64,000 bases of DNA from Candidatus Nomurabacteria bacterium (GTDB lineage Bacteria; Patescibacteriota; Minisyncoccia; Phycocordibacterales; UBA9973), in assembly GCA_028286485.1 (NCBI GenBank), contig JAQBRM010000027.1, positions 10,632 to 74,631 on the forward strand. Reading direction: 5' to 3'. Of the stretch, positions 9,885 to 18,956 are shown in pieces. The translations under genes and the position numbers were made by a program. Position 1 is the stretch's first letter; each line of letters starts with the position of its first letter. The notes under the pieces are model-generated. The model ran no database searches. It was not told the origin of the DNA and saw nothing but the letters and a program-made list of their open reading frames with translations.

Positions 9885-11105
9885 CTACAGACTGACAGTC
9901 GGTGGGTAGTACTGTGCCAAGAAATCTTTCTTGTATTGATGAAATGTATCATTCAAAATGCTCTCGCGAATGTTTTCGACCAATCGCAAGATAAAATGCA
10001 GATTGTGAATGGAGGCCAACGTGGCAGCGGTCATTTCATCGGCTCGAAAAAGGTGTGCCAAATATGCGCGAGTGTGGTGCTGACAGGTATAGCACATGCA
10101 GCCTTCCTCAATCGGCAGGAACTGGTCGACAAACTGCGCATTGCGAATATTGAGACGTCCGCGCGACGTGTGCAAGGTGCCGTGACGACCCATGCGCGTC
10201 GGTGCAATGCAATCAAATAAATCACAGCCGGCTTCCACGGCATTGAAAAGATCAAGCGGTTCGCCGATACCGAGCAGGTGTCGCGGCTTGTCTTCCGGCA
10301 GCAAGGCATTGACCCATCCTACTGCAGTACCGATATCTTCCTTGGTAAAGGATCCGCCGATGCCGTATCCATCGAATCCTTCGCCATATTCGGAACTGGC
10401 GGCCAGCGCTCCTAATGTTCGTGCCGCTTCCTCACGCAGATCCTGAAACCGTCCCCCTTGAATCACGGCGAAAAGGCTTTGCCTTTTCGCCGTATCAAGT
10501 TCATTGTGTCGCGCGAGGCTGCGCTTGGCCCAGTCATACGTTCGTGCCAGTGATTTCTTTTGATATTCGTACGGCGCAGTCGGACTGGTGCATTCATCAA
10601 AGGCGAAGATCATATCGGCGCCGAGCTTCCATTGGATATCCATGGAAGACTCGGGAGTAAATAAATGCTTGCTGCCATCCAAGTGCGACTTGAATGTCAC
10701 GCCTTCATCGGTCACATGCGCCAATTGTCCGCTGTGCACTGATACATCCTCCACTTCATCACCGGTGGCAATCTTGCTGACCGCGGTACCAAAAGCCGCG
10801 CCCAATGAAAATGCTTGAAAGCCGCCCGAGTCCGTCATGGTCGGTCCGTGCCAATCCATAAAAGGACCGAATCCTCCAGCCTGCGCCACGATGTCCTCTC
10901 CGGGCTGCAAATACAAATGGTAGGTATTGGCCAATACCACCTGCGCGCCCAAGCTCCGTATCTGCTCCGCCGTCAATGCCTTCACCGTCGCCTTCGTACC
11001 CACCGCCACGAATGCCGGCGTCTTGATCTCACCATGTGCCGTTTCAATCACCCCGGCCCTACCCAACGTTCCCTCCAACTTCTTTTGTATCGTAAATTTC
11101 AACAT
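9885..11105 (-). CDS. tgt: queuine tRNA-ribosyltransferase
   Basis: TIM-barrel Tgt N-terminus (GVIETAHGEIKTPAFVAVGTKATVK) and zinc site CMCYTCQHHTRAYLAHL. Confidence 0.9.
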   Translation of the reverse strand: MLKFTIQKKLEGTLGRAGVIETAHGEIKTPAFVAVGTKATVKALTAEQIRSLGAQVVLANTYHLYLQPGEDIVAQAGGFGPFMDWHGPTMTDSGGFQAFSLGAAFGTAVSKIATGDEVEDVSVHSGQLAHVTDEGVTFKSHLDGSKHLFTPESSMDIQWKLGADMIFAFDECTSPTAPYEYQKKSLARTYDWAKRSLARHNELDTAKRQSLFAVIQGGRFQDLREEAARTLGALAASSEYGEGFDGYGIGGSFTKEDIGTAVGWVNALLPEDKPRHLLGIGEPLDLFNAVEAGCDLFDCIAPTRMGRHGTLHTSRGRLNIRNAQFVDQFLPIEEGCMCYTCQHHTRAYLAHLFRADEMTAATLASIHNLHFILRLVENIRESILNDTFHQYKKDFLAQYYPPTVSL

Positions 11106-11213
11106 GTATTTCGTACCTTGTTTATAACATACCTAAAAGAATTCTGGTACCATTTAATATAAGAACAAATGAAAAAAGCCAGCATTGCACTGGCTTTAAA
11201 TAAATACATTTAA

Positions 11214-11435
11214 TTAAACAATCCATCCGCTTCCTAAAGAAGTTTCTTTGCTGCATTTTAGGCAGATATGTTTGCGAACAAACAATAATCGTTCGCCCTC
11301 TTTTGGAAGCGGAAATTTTTCCAATTTATCAACCAGTTCGTAATCATGATTACAGAACAGCTGTGTCAGAAATTTATGAAGGGGATTCCGGTACTTGCGC
11401 GGTGAAGGCGCTAGCGACTCTAGTGTTGTACACAT
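11214..11435 (-). CDS. small Cys-rich hypothetical protein (possible zinc ribbon)
   Basis: 73 aa with C..C...C..C spacing. Driven by a sigma70-like promoter module that is duplicated at about 61641. Confidence 0.35.
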   Translation of the reverse strand: MCTTLESLAPSPRKYRNPLHKFLTQLFCNHDYELVDKLEKFPLPKEGERLLFVRKHICLKCSKETSLGSGWIV

Positions 11436-11454
11436 GGCTCAGTTTTTTTAATTT

Positions 11455-11490
11455 CCACCACTCTACCCCTCCCTCTTGCCAAAGTCAATC
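11455..11490 (-). promoter_or_regulatory. sigma70-type promoter (minus sense TTGACT-N17-TAGAGT) with a conserved spacer, copy 1
   Basis: Minus-sense TTGACTTTGGCAAGAGGGAGGGGTAGAGT lies about 20 nt upstream of the 11435 start codon. A near-identical module sits upstream of the 61622 start. Confidence 0.4.
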
Positions 11491-11495
11491 CAGAA

Positions 11496-12260
11496 TTATC
11501 TCACTATCACCCACTTCAGAGCCTGTAAGTTCACGGGGGCTTTGGCGAGGAGGCGTTGGAAGGGATCGCGGGGGTCGGTGACGATTTTTTCGATGGTAGC
11601 CAAAGTGGCGGGAGTGATGGATTGTGAGGAAATGGTCACGCCGACATCAATAGGGACGTCACGAGGCAGCTGCACTTCGTATTCCCCACCACCACGACCG
11701 ATCAAAGTCACGGCTACATTGCTGCCGGTAGCGGTACCGGAAGTCTGACGGCTCGGCGCACTGTAGAGTGAGACGGTGGCGGTATGCGTATCAACGGCGG
11801 AAATATTTCCCAAGGCCACACTGCCAAATGCATAGACGATCATGTTGGTGCGGATGCCATCAGCACTGCCGGCGTCGATCATCATCGTGTCATAAAAGCT
11901 GCGGTTCGGTAAGGTAATGACATCAGCCAAAATACCGGTCGGTGCCGGTGTGCGGCCAAGCTCGGCTTTCAACGTGTCATTTTCATTTTGCAGTTGCGAT
12001 AGCGTGGAGAGCTGTGCATCATATGAGTTGATGGTGTTTTGCAAGCCATTGACCTTGCTGATCAATGCGCGTTTTGATAGCAGTTCATTTTGTACAGTGC
12101 TGCCATAAATAAACGGCGCATGCACGATCATTTTTTTTGCCAATAGTGTCGCCAGTACAATAAAAAGAATAGTGCCTACCACCACACCAATGCGCAGCAA
12201 AGGATGCCACGTATTGAGCGGTCGCTTCTTTTTCAATTTTTGTGATTTATAGCGACGCAT
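11496..12260 (-). CDS. mreC: rod shape-determining protein MreC
   Basis: N-terminal TM helix, then a coiled coil (LQNENDTLKAEL), then a beta-rich domain. Directly downstream of mreB with a 14-nt overlap. Confidence 0.8.
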   Translation of the reverse strand: MRRYKSQKLKKKRPLNTWHPLLRIGVVVGTILFIVLATLLAKKMIVHAPFIYGSTVQNELLSKRALISKVNGLQNTINSYDAQLSTLSQLQNENDTLKAELGRTPAPTGILADVITLPNRSFYDTMMIDAGSADGIRTNMIVYAFGSVALGNISAVDTHTATVSLYSAPSRQTSGTATGSNVAVTLIGRGGGEYEVQLPRDVPIDVGVTISSQSITPATLATIEKIVTDPRDPFQRLLAKAPVNLQALKWVIVR

Positions 12261-13299
12261 GATCTTCTATGGAAAGTAGGGTTTGTTTATAATTATCAAA
12301 TTGTTCCAAGACAATGCCGGTACCGCGTGCCACGGCGGACAACGGATCTTCGGCAATGTGCACCGGCAGTTTCAATTCCTGTTGCAGCAGTATGGCCAAG
12401 CCGCGCAGGTTCGCGCCGCCGCCGGTCAAGACAATGCCTGTTTGTAAAATATCGGAGACCATTTCCGGCGGCGCGGTTTCCAAGACTTCGCGAATGCCGG
12501 CCACCAGCAATCCCACCGTACGCGCAAACGCCTCGCGCACGTCACCATCGGTGATCATCAACGCCTTCGGCAAGCCGCTGACCAAGTCTCGTCCGCGCAC
12601 TTCTATTTCCATGTATTCCGTTTCCATGGCGGAGCCCAGCTCTACCTTTACCGTTTCGGCTGTGCGTTCCCCGACCAATAGTTTGAATTCATCGCGCAGG
12701 TAGTCAATGACACGAGCATCGAAGTGGTCCCCGGCCACGCGCAGATTCAATGAGCGCACGATGCCGCCCAAAGCAATCAGCGCGATGTCAGTCGTACCGC
12801 CACCGATATCAACAATAAATGATGCGTCGGCGGACAATACCGGTAGACGTACACCAATGGCCGCTGCCATGGCTTCCTCGATCAAATGCACTTCACGTGC
12901 GCCGGCATCAATGCCGGCATCGTAGACTGCGCGCACTTCGACATTGGTAATGCCGGACGGCACGCCGATGAGCACTCTCGGTCGAAAAAATTTCTTTGAA
13001 ATTTTTTCGACCTTGCGAATGAAGTACGCCAGCATTTCCTCGGCCATTTCAAAATCCGACACCACGCCTTCCGACAACGGCCGAATGATCTTGATATGCT
13101 CCGGCGTCTTGCCCCACATTTCCTTGGCTTCCTTGCCGATGGCCACGATCTGGCCGGTCTTTTGATTGACCGCCACAATCGACGGTTCATCGATCACGAT
13201 GCCCTGCCCTTTCAAGTACACCAAGGTGTTGGCGGTACCCAAGTCGATGCCGATATCATTTGAAAAACGCTGGTAAAGATTCTTGAACATGTTAGGCAA
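12247..13299 (-). CDS. mreB: rod shape-determining protein MreB (actin homolog)
   Basis: IGIDLGTANTLVY phosphate-1 motif and full actin-fold length (350 aa). Confidence 0.95.
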   Translation of the reverse strand: MPNMFKNLYQRFSNDIGIDLGTANTLVYLKGQGIVIDEPSIVAVNQKTGQIVAIGKEAKEMWGKTPEHIKIIRPLSEGVVSDFEMAEEMLAYFIRKVEKISKKFFRPRVLIGVPSGITNVEVRAVYDAGIDAGAREVHLIEEAMAAAIGVRLPVLSADASFIVDIGGGTTDIALIALGGIVRSLNLRVAGDHFDARVIDYLRDEFKLLVGERTAETVKVELGSAMETEYMEIEVRGRDLVSGLPKALMITDGDVREAFARTVGLLVAGIREVLETAPPEMVSDILQTGIVLTGGGANLRGLAILLQQELKLPVHIAEDPLSAVARGTGIVLEQFDNYKQTLLSIEDHASL

Positions 13300-14560
13300 T
13301 CAATTGCTGGATCAGACTTTCAACAGACAGCACCGTTGATTCATCCGAATCCCGTTTCTTATATTCCACGCCGCCTTGCGCCAGACTGCGTTCGGATACC
13401 ACGACGCGATGCGGCATGCCGAGCAAGTCGCTGTCGGCAAATTTTTCCCCGGCACTCATTCCTATGCGATCATCAAATAGTACTTCGATATTATTTTCCA
13501 ACAGCTGATTGTAAATTTCCTGCGCATTGGTAATGACCTGATCGCCCAGTTGCAGCAAGTGCACCTTGAACGGCGCAATACTCTCCGGCCAGACAATGCC
13601 TTTTTCATCCGACAGCACTTCCACCACCGTACCCATCAAGCGCGTCACGCCAATACCGTATGAACCCATGAATACCGGCACGTCCCCTCCTTCGCTGTTT
13701 TTATACGTCAGATCAAAGGGGTCGGAAAACTTGGAGCCAAGGGAGAAAATATTTCCCACCTCAATCGCCTTCTTTTCCACAAGGGTTGCTCGATCGATAT
13801 TGAGCTCGGCCAGCACCTCATCCGTCAGCACTTCTTTATTTATAGCAATGCCTTTTGCAGTATCAATATAAATAAGATCTTCACCTGCCTCGGAAACAGT
13901 TTGGAATTCATGGGAGTATTTTGAAAATGTTCCTCCTGATGCAAATGTCATATAAGTGTACGCGCCTAATCCCACTCGGTTATAAACATTCCTGTACGCC
14001 TCTTTGGACTTTTCATAGAAAACATCATGCGACTCTTTATCTGCAGAAAATGAGTACAATGCTTTCCAATAGAATTCCCGCCCCCGCATGATGCCGGACT
14101 TGCTGCGTATTTCGTTTCGAAAAATTGTTTTGAAGTCGTAAGGATACAACGGCAGGTCTTTGTATGAACTGACGAAATTTTTCACGATGTTTGAATACGC
14201 TTCTTCATTGGTAAAAGAAAGCCCCACTTCAGTACCGTTCTTAAGCGTGGTCTTGAACCAGTTGTCGACAACCTCATCATCCCAGCGATTTGTTTTCTCC
14301 CAGACGTCTTTGCTTTGCAGTGCGGATGTTTTCATCTGGATACCACCAATAGCGTCCATTTCTTCCTTTATGATATGAACGATTTTTTCCATGACACGAT
14401 AGCCCAACGGTAACATTGAGTAGACTCCTGCCATTTCCTTATGGATAAAACCACCCCGAATAAGCAGCTGGGCGTTTTTGGCTTGCTCGTCCGCTGGGTT
14501 ATCCTTGCTGGTTTTGGTGAAAAGCTGTGATTGACGCATATAGTCCTTATATACTGGCAT
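13292..14560 (-). CDS. proS: prolyl-tRNA synthetase, minimal form without the editing insertion
   Basis: Class II aaRS motifs. N-terminus ...AQLLIRGGFIHKEMAGVYSMLPLGYRV matches ProS. The C-terminus looks like an anticodon-binding domain. 422 aa. Confidence 0.8.
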   Translation of the reverse strand: MPVYKDYMRQSQLFTKTSKDNPADEQAKNAQLLIRGGFIHKEMAGVYSMLPLGYRVMEKIVHIIKEEMDAIGGIQMKTSALQSKDVWEKTNRWDDEVVDNWFKTTLKNGTEVGLSFTNEEAYSNIVKNFVSSYKDLPLYPYDFKTIFRNEIRSKSGIMRGREFYWKALYSFSADKESHDVFYEKSKEAYRNVYNRVGLGAYTYMTFASGGTFSKYSHEFQTVSEAGEDLIYIDTAKGIAINKEVLTDEVLAELNIDRATLVEKKAIEVGNIFSLGSKFSDPFDLTYKNSEGGDVPVFMGSYGIGVTRLMGTVVEVLSDEKGIVWPESIAPFKVHLLQLGDQVITNAQEIYNQLLENNIEVLFDDRIGMSAGEKFADSDLLGMPHRVVVSERSLAQGGVEYKKRDSDESTVLSVESLIQQLIA

Positions 14561-14727
14561 AAAAAAGGAAATAAAAAAAGCCTAAAGATTTTGGTCAACA
14601 TCGAATGTTGACCGCTCGACAAAACACCTTTTGAGTGCTATATTTAGCGCTCGTCACATTGGACGAAATTATTCAGTTATTAAGGGTTGTGCGTCGAAAA
14701 CGCAATACAGCCCTGCTACAGATTGTT

Positions 14728-15399
14728 ATGAAAACTATAGATCCTAAAGACCTCATGGAGGCAGGTGTCCACTATGGATACTCTCGTACTCGTCGTCACC
14801 CTACCAACAGTCCCCTCATTTACGGAACCAAGGACGGTATCGACATTATCAACCTTGAAAAGACCGTTCCACAAATTGAAGCTGCGGCGACCTTTTTGAG
14901 CGGCTTGGGCGCGTCCGGCAAGACAGTGTTCTTCGTCGGCGTGAAGCCGGAGTCTCGCAATGCCACTCGTGACATTGCTGATGCATTGCACCAGCCGTAC
15001 GTTACCGAACGATGGATCGGTGGTATCTTGACCAACTTTCCTGAAATCAAGCGCCGTATCCAGAAACTGGAAGACATGACTGCCAAGCGTGCTTCCGGTG
15101 AATGGGACAAGTTCACCAAGAAAGAGCAGCTGCTGATGACGCGCGAGCTTGATCGTTTGAACAAATATTTCTCCGGTCTGGTTGGTGTTACCAAACTGCC
15201 TGACGCTATCCTTGTTATTGACTCCAAGAAAGAGCACATTGCCATCGCTGAGGCTCGCAAGAGTAACGTGCCGGTGATTGCTATCGGCAACACTGACTGT
15301 TCCATTCGCGGCATCGACTACCCTATCACTGCCAATGACAGTTCCGCTTCTTCAATTGCCGCAATCCTTGCTATACTGAAGGACGCTTTTCAGCAGTAA
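14728..15399 (+). CDS. rpsB: 30S ribosomal protein S2
   Basis: MKTIDPKDLMEAGVHYGYSRTRRHPT is the rpsB N-terminus. The track ORF starts at 14635, but the conserved start is the internal ATG near 14728. Confidence 0.9.
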   Translation: MKTIDPKDLMEAGVHYGYSRTRRHPTNSPLIYGTKDGIDIINLEKTVPQIEAAATFLSGLGASGKTVFFVGVKPESRNATRDIADALHQPYVTERWIGGILTNFPEIKRRIQKLEDMTAKRASGEWDKFTKKEQLLMTRELDRLNKYFSGLVGVTKLPDAILVIDSKKEHIAIAEARKSNVPVIAIGNTDCSIRGIDYPITANDSSASSIAAILAILKDAFQQ

Positions 15400-15570
15400 T
15401 AGCACTGAGCTGCAAAGAATTGCTCTTTCGAAAACCACACATAAATTTCTGCTGAAATTTTGCTATGCTCGGGCCAGTCGCCCTTGCGCAATGCTTTTCT
15501 AAAGACAATTCTTTTTCGCTCTAAGTACAAAGTACAAATCACCTCTTATAAAAATAACCACCATAAAAAT

Positions 15571-16350
15571 ATGATCACCACCGAACAAGTAAAAGAACTT
15601 CGCGATAAGACAGGTATTTCCGTTATGCAATGTCGTAAGGCATTGGAAGAAGCAAACGGCGATATGGAAAAAGCCATTGTTATCTTGCAAAAGAAAGGCG
15701 GTGAAGCTGCTCAGAAGAAAGCTGATCGTTCCGCCGCTGATGGCCTTGTGGTCATGCGTACTGATGGCAAGCGCGCGCTGACACTCGTATTGAACTGCGA
15801 GACTGACTTCGTGGCAAAGAACGAGGACTTCTTGAACTTGGCCAATACCCTTGCTGATATGGCGTGGAATGATGGCATTGCGAAAATGCAGGAAGCCGCT
15901 CCGGATCTGATCAATGCGCTCGTATTGAAAAGTGGTGAGAATATTCAGCTCGGTGCGGTGGAAGAACTCAGTGGTGAAGTAGTAAATGGCTACACACACT
16001 TCGATAATAAGAGCGCCGCAGTGGTAACGCTGGCTGGCGGTACACCGGCAGTGGCAAAGGACATTGCCATGCATGTGGCGGCAATGAAGCCATCATTCCT
16101 CACCAGCAACGATATCTCCGAGGAAAATCGCGCCACCGTTAAGGCAGTGATGGAAGCAGAAGTTGCCGCGCAGAGTGAAGGCAAGTCCCAAGAGATCAAA
16201 GACAAAATGTTGGAAGGCAAGATCAACGGATTCTTTGCAGAACAGACATTGCTCAACCAATCATTCTTCAAAGTACCGGAAAAGACCATTGAACAGTACG
16301 CCAAGGACAATGGTGCCACGGTACAGAAATTCGTGTTGTATACTGTCTAA
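15571..16350 (+). CDS. tsf: elongation factor Ts
   Basis: MITTEQVKELRDKTGISVMQCRKALEEANGDMEKAI is the EF-Ts UBA-like N-terminus. The real start is the internal ATG of the 15460 ORF. Confidence 0.9.
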   Translation: MITTEQVKELRDKTGISVMQCRKALEEANGDMEKAIVILQKKGGEAAQKKADRSAADGLVVMRTDGKRALTLVLNCETDFVAKNEDFLNLANTLADMAWNDGIAKMQEAAPDLINALVLKSGENIQLGAVEELSGEVVNGYTHFDNKSAAVVTLAGGTPAVAKDIAMHVAAMKPSFLTSNDISEENRATVKAVMEAEVAAQSEGKSQEIKDKMLEGKINGFFAEQTLLNQSFFKVPEKTIEQYAKDNGATVQKFVLYTV

Positions 16351-16728
16351 ATGATTATCGCCCTTGTTATCGTTATTGCCCTGCTGCTCATCGCGCTGTG
16401 GATCAGCGCCATGGCATTGTGGTGGCGTCATGAGCAAGGACGTATTGCTCCCCTGCAACCCCGCGCCGTCATTCGACATTTGAACAAAGCCGCTCGTTTG
16501 GGCCGCCGCAGCCTGTACAGCACCATGCGATACAGCAAGCGCGCCGGACGATGGGGCAACAGAAAAGTCAGCAATGCATTCGTGGCGGTCTTTCCCAAAG
16601 CCAAAGCCGCTTTCACAAAGAAAGATATGCTGACCGGCTTGCAGCATGGTCCCTCATCATACTTCTTGGCCAGCTTGTCCAAGCGCGCGAAGAAGAAAAC
16701 CAAACCCTCCGAAGATTTGTCAGTATAA
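16351..16728 (+). CDS. hypothetical small membrane protein
   Basis: The ATG overlaps the tsf stop (taaATG). One TM helix, then a basic tail. An antisense ORF at 16428..16820 competes with it, so the call is weak. Confidence 0.3.
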   Translation: MIIALVIVIALLLIALWISAMALWWRHEQGRIAPLQPRAVIRHLNKAARLGRRSLYSTMRYSKRAGRWGNRKVSNAFVAVFPKAKAAFTKKDMLTGLQHGPSSYFLASLSKRAKKKTKPSEDLSV

Positions 16729-16753
16729 GGAAAATCTGATATTCTAGGGGCAC

Positions 16754-16830
16754 GCCGGATTAGCTCAGTTGTAGCAGCCTTTTGTATAAAGCGAAGAGAG
16801 CCATCAATCCAATCTGACAACTCCGGCTCC
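16754..16830 (+). pseudogene. decayed tRNA paralog (tandem duplicate of the downstream tRNA; D-arm, anticodon arm and T-arm do not fold)
   Basis: Aligns along its whole length to the tRNA at 16852..16927 (GCCGGATTAGCTCAGTTG... versus GCCGGAATAGCTCAGTTGG...). Stem complementarity is broken and there is no CCA. Confidence 0.4.
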
Positions 16831-16851
16831 TTAAAATTTCATATCTATAAT

Positions 16852-16927
16852 GCCGGAATAGCTCAGTTGGTAGAGCAACGCTTTTGTAAAGCGAAGGTCG
16901 TCAGTTCAAGTCTGTCTTCCGGCTCCA
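16852..16927 (+). tRNA. tRNA-Thr (anticodon UGU), CCA encoded
   Basis: 7-bp acceptor stem GCCGGAA/TTCCGGC, D-arm GCTC-AGTTGGTA-GAGC, anticodon loop TT-TGT-AA, T-loop TTCAAGT, then TCCA. Confidence 0.75.
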
Positions 16928-16971
16928 AATAAAAAGATGCACCCATAGGGTGCATCTTTTTATTTGGAGCC
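16921..16971. terminator. 51-nt perfect palindrome (24-bp arms) acting as a bidirectional terminator
   Basis: ggctccaaataaaaagatgcaccc-ata-gggtgcatctttttatttggagcc. The left arm begins with the tRNA 3' end GGCTCCA. The right arm contains the stop codon of the convergent gene 16960..17661. Confidence 0.6.
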
Positions 16972-17661
16972 CTGAGTATTTATCAAAGGACTTTTGATAG
17001 TTGGTGGGGGCGTAGCCTTCAGCGGATTAGTTACACTGCTTGGCAATAGCTTTTCGAGATCATCCAAGCTCATAAAGCCACTCTGTGTCTTCCCGTTAAT
17101 CACTAACGATGGCAGACTGGCGGGTATCTTATAGATAGTCTGTAGAGCACGGATGGTGGAGCTATCAAGACCGGTATCAAATGAATAAATACGCACTTGC
17201 GGATACGCTTGACGTAGTGCATCCAAAACATATCCTTGACGGGTGCAGTCAGCGCAACTGTTAGAATTTTTGTAAAAGTACAATATGGTAGTAATAGGCT
17301 GCTTGCAGCGTATGCTGATTTGTTTGGTCAGCAAGAAATCTTTCACTTCCAAGACCGAATACTGTTGTTTCAATAACTGTATTTGATTCGGGTCATTGAG
17401 ATTTTGCTCAGCATATGAAATCTTATCGGCCAAGTCGGAAATTTCGCTCGCCAATGTAGTATTGCCGATATCCTGACATGACAATGATTGCAGCAGGTAA
17501 AACTGCGTTTCCGATGACATGATATCCACATTCACCTTATTTTGGGCATTCCTGATGTCGGTTATTTTTTTATTATTCAAATAAGTACTGATATACCAGG
17601 CTACGGCAAACAAGGCGATAGTGATCAAGAGTACGATAAAATATTTCTTAAATCCTTTCAT
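16960..17661 (-). CDS. membrane-anchored protein with a thioredoxin-like CxxC (CADC) C-terminal region; hypothetical
   Basis: N-terminal TM helix. The segment FYKNSNSCADCTRQGYVLDALRQAYPQVRIYSFD resembles a thioredoxin-fold active site. Translationally coupled to the upstream GT2. Confidence 0.45.
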   Translation of the reverse strand: MKGFKKYFIVLLITIALFAVAWYISTYLNNKKITDIRNAQNKVNVDIMSSETQFYLLQSLSCQDIGNTTLASEISDLADKISYAEQNLNDPNQIQLLKQQYSVLEVKDFLLTKQISIRCKQPITTILYFYKNSNSCADCTRQGYVLDALRQAYPQVRIYSFDTGLDSSTIRALQTIYKIPASLPSLVINGKTQSGFMSLDDLEKLLPSSVTNPLKATPPPTIKSPLINTQGSK

Positions 17662-17664
17662 ATA

Positions 17665-18912
17665 TTATCTCCATACGGGCTGACGACGAGTGACAATGCT
17701 ATTCCACACTGCTTTCAATAGCCAGACCGGTGCAATGACCGTATAAATGATGATGTACAGCAAGATATGCCAGTCCAATCCCCGCCCCTGTCGACTGAGC
17801 CGTGAGCCTGCCACGATTGAAAAGATCAATAATACATAGAGCAAAATGGTAACAAAAAAGATTGTTTGCGTATTGATGTAAAACCAATTGAAGTTGATAT
17901 GGGTGTGGATGTTAAAACCAACCGTACTGTACTGGCTAACCTTCTTCAAAATAAAGACAATCAAGTCATAGAAAAATGTCAGTGACAAAAAGACTACTGC
18001 AATGATGGAAATAACACCGGAGGGCAGCGTGAAGAATGAGAAGTTAAGATAGTCCCTGTTGAATATCAATCGCTTATAATCCGCGGTATTTTGGATGAAA
18101 CCGTAGATCCAACGCAGGCGCTGCACATACAATTTCTTGATAGTGTCAGGAGAAGAAGTGTAGACTAGTGCATTGGCACAGTGTTCGATCTTCATATGGT
18201 TTTCTTGCATGCGATATGCCAATTCTTGGTCTTCGGTATTATGCGCTTTCTGAAATTTTCCGATACGCTCAAAGACGGTTCGACGGAAAAGAGAGAACGG
18301 TCCGGGAGTAACATGAATGGCCCCAAGAAACGACAGCATTTTTTTATTATAGGTACTCATATTGTACTCTACGCGCTGGGCGTACTGCAGCATGTTCTTG
18401 GGATTATGCACGATCAATGAAGGAGTTACTGCCATGACTTCGGGGTTTTTTTGAAACAATGCCACCATGCGCTTCAAGGCATCGGGCGCCACGAAAGAGT
18501 CCGCATCCAAGCCACCGATAATATCCGCATCCGTTTGATCAATGCCGAAGTTCACCGCCGTGTGTTTGCCCCCATTTTCCTTGTGGAAAATATGCACGCG
18601 CGGATTGTCTTTGTATTCTAACAGCTCTTGCCATGTCGTATCAGTACTGCCATCATCCACCGCGATAACCTCCAGCCTGTCGGTCGGATAATCAAGTGCA
18701 AGGAGAGAATTAATGGTACCGTGAACGGTTTTTTCTTCATTCCAACATGGCACAATAATGGCCACTTTAGGGGGATTAGTAATATCGGGCACTGGCTCAA
18801 TATGCGAATATTTCATTTTTTTAAGGTGTTCAAAATAGGTCACCAGCAGGAACACCTGTACGTATACGGCCAGAAATACGACCGTATACGTGATAATTTC
18901 CGGAATTGTCAT
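17665..18912 (-). CDS. processive family-2 glycosyltransferase (PgaC/NodC/cellulose-synthase-like)
   Basis: VIAVDDGSTD, DADSF (DxD) and QRLRWIYG (QxxRW) motifs. N-terminal and C-terminal TM helices. Confidence 0.85.
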   Translation of the reverse strand: MTIPEIITYTVVFLAVYVQVFLLVTYFEHLKKMKYSHIEPVPDITNPPKVAIIVPCWNEEKTVHGTINSLLALDYPTDRLEVIAVDDGSTDTTWQELLEYKDNPRVHIFHKENGGKHTAVNFGIDQTDADIIGGLDADSFVAPDALKRMVALFQKNPEVMAVTPSLIVHNPKNMLQYAQRVEYNMSTYNKKMLSFLGAIHVTPGPFSLFRRTVFERIGKFQKAHNTEDQELAYRMQENHMKIEHCANALVYTSSPDTIKKLYVQRLRWIYGFIQNTADYKRLIFNRDYLNFSFFTLPSGVISIIAVVFLSLTFFYDLIVFILKKVSQYSTVGFNIHTHINFNWFYINTQTIFFVTILLYVLLIFSIVAGSRLSRQGRGLDWHILLYIIIYTVIAPVWLLKAVWNSIVTRRQPVWR

Positions 18913-18956
18913 AGACCCTATCCTAGCACAAAGAGCCTATTTTTTCTAGCTGAAAA

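Noticed and set aside
14635-14727. N-terminal 31-codon extension of rpsB in the ORF track
   Set aside because: The conserved S2 N-terminus begins at the internal ATG (MKTIDPKDL). The upstream extension is hydrophobic nonsense overlapping the proS promoter region.
16428-16820. 130-aa minus-strand ORF overlapping the region after tsf and the decayed tRNA
   Set aside because: It would run antisense through the tRNA-like sequence and has no motif. The plus-strand ORF coupled to the tsf stop is slightly more plausible, and neither is strong.
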